Origin: Tubulanus polymorphus
Taxonomy: Eukaryota > Animalia > Nemertea
Length of the DNA: 64,000 bases
Assembly (NCBI RefSeq): GCF_964204645.1
Contig: NC_134025.1
Span: forward strand, 17,645,101-17,709,100
Reading direction: 5' to 3'
The translations under genes and the position numbers were made by a program. A model generated the notes under the pieces. That model made no database searches and was not told where the DNA came from. It saw only the letters and a list, made by a program, of their open reading frames with translations. Positions 64,000-64,000 of the stretch are shown here, piece after piece (positions within the stretch are counted from its first letter, which is position 1; each line of letters starts with the position of its first letter).

Positions 64000-64000
64000 T

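Overview
AT-rich eukaryotic DNA, probably from a marine invertebrate (inferred from GT-AG introns and the transposon repertoire). It consists almost entirely of nested mobile elements, and no complete host gene can be supported. Main contents: (1) a full-length 5.7-kb Kolobok DNA transposon (7451-13144; TTAA TSD, 19-bp TIRs) with a 9-exon THAP-DDE transposase gene and a convergent 3-exon KolX/P2X7-ballast-like gene, both slightly frameshifted. (2) A five-level nest at about 16.9-33.7 kb: dispersed repeat > Zator/Harbinger-type MITE > DIRS tyrosine-recombinase retrotransposon (17285-32533) > an unclassified 8.9-kb TIR element with AACAC ends, 4-bp TSD and palindromic subterminal repeats > Penelope element. 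(3) Several minimal hammerhead-ribozyme motifs, some in divergent pairs. (4) CR1/L2-type LINE fragments (one with a 2A-like peptide), a 503-bp Helitron with a tRNA-like segment, Helentron-type arrays, and Academ-, hAT-, Harbinger-, Tc1/IS630- and P/MULE-like remnants. (5) Two very AT-rich segments with decayed ORFs resembling large-DNA-virus/Polinton-like genes. All family assignments come from recognising motifs by eye; no database search was run.
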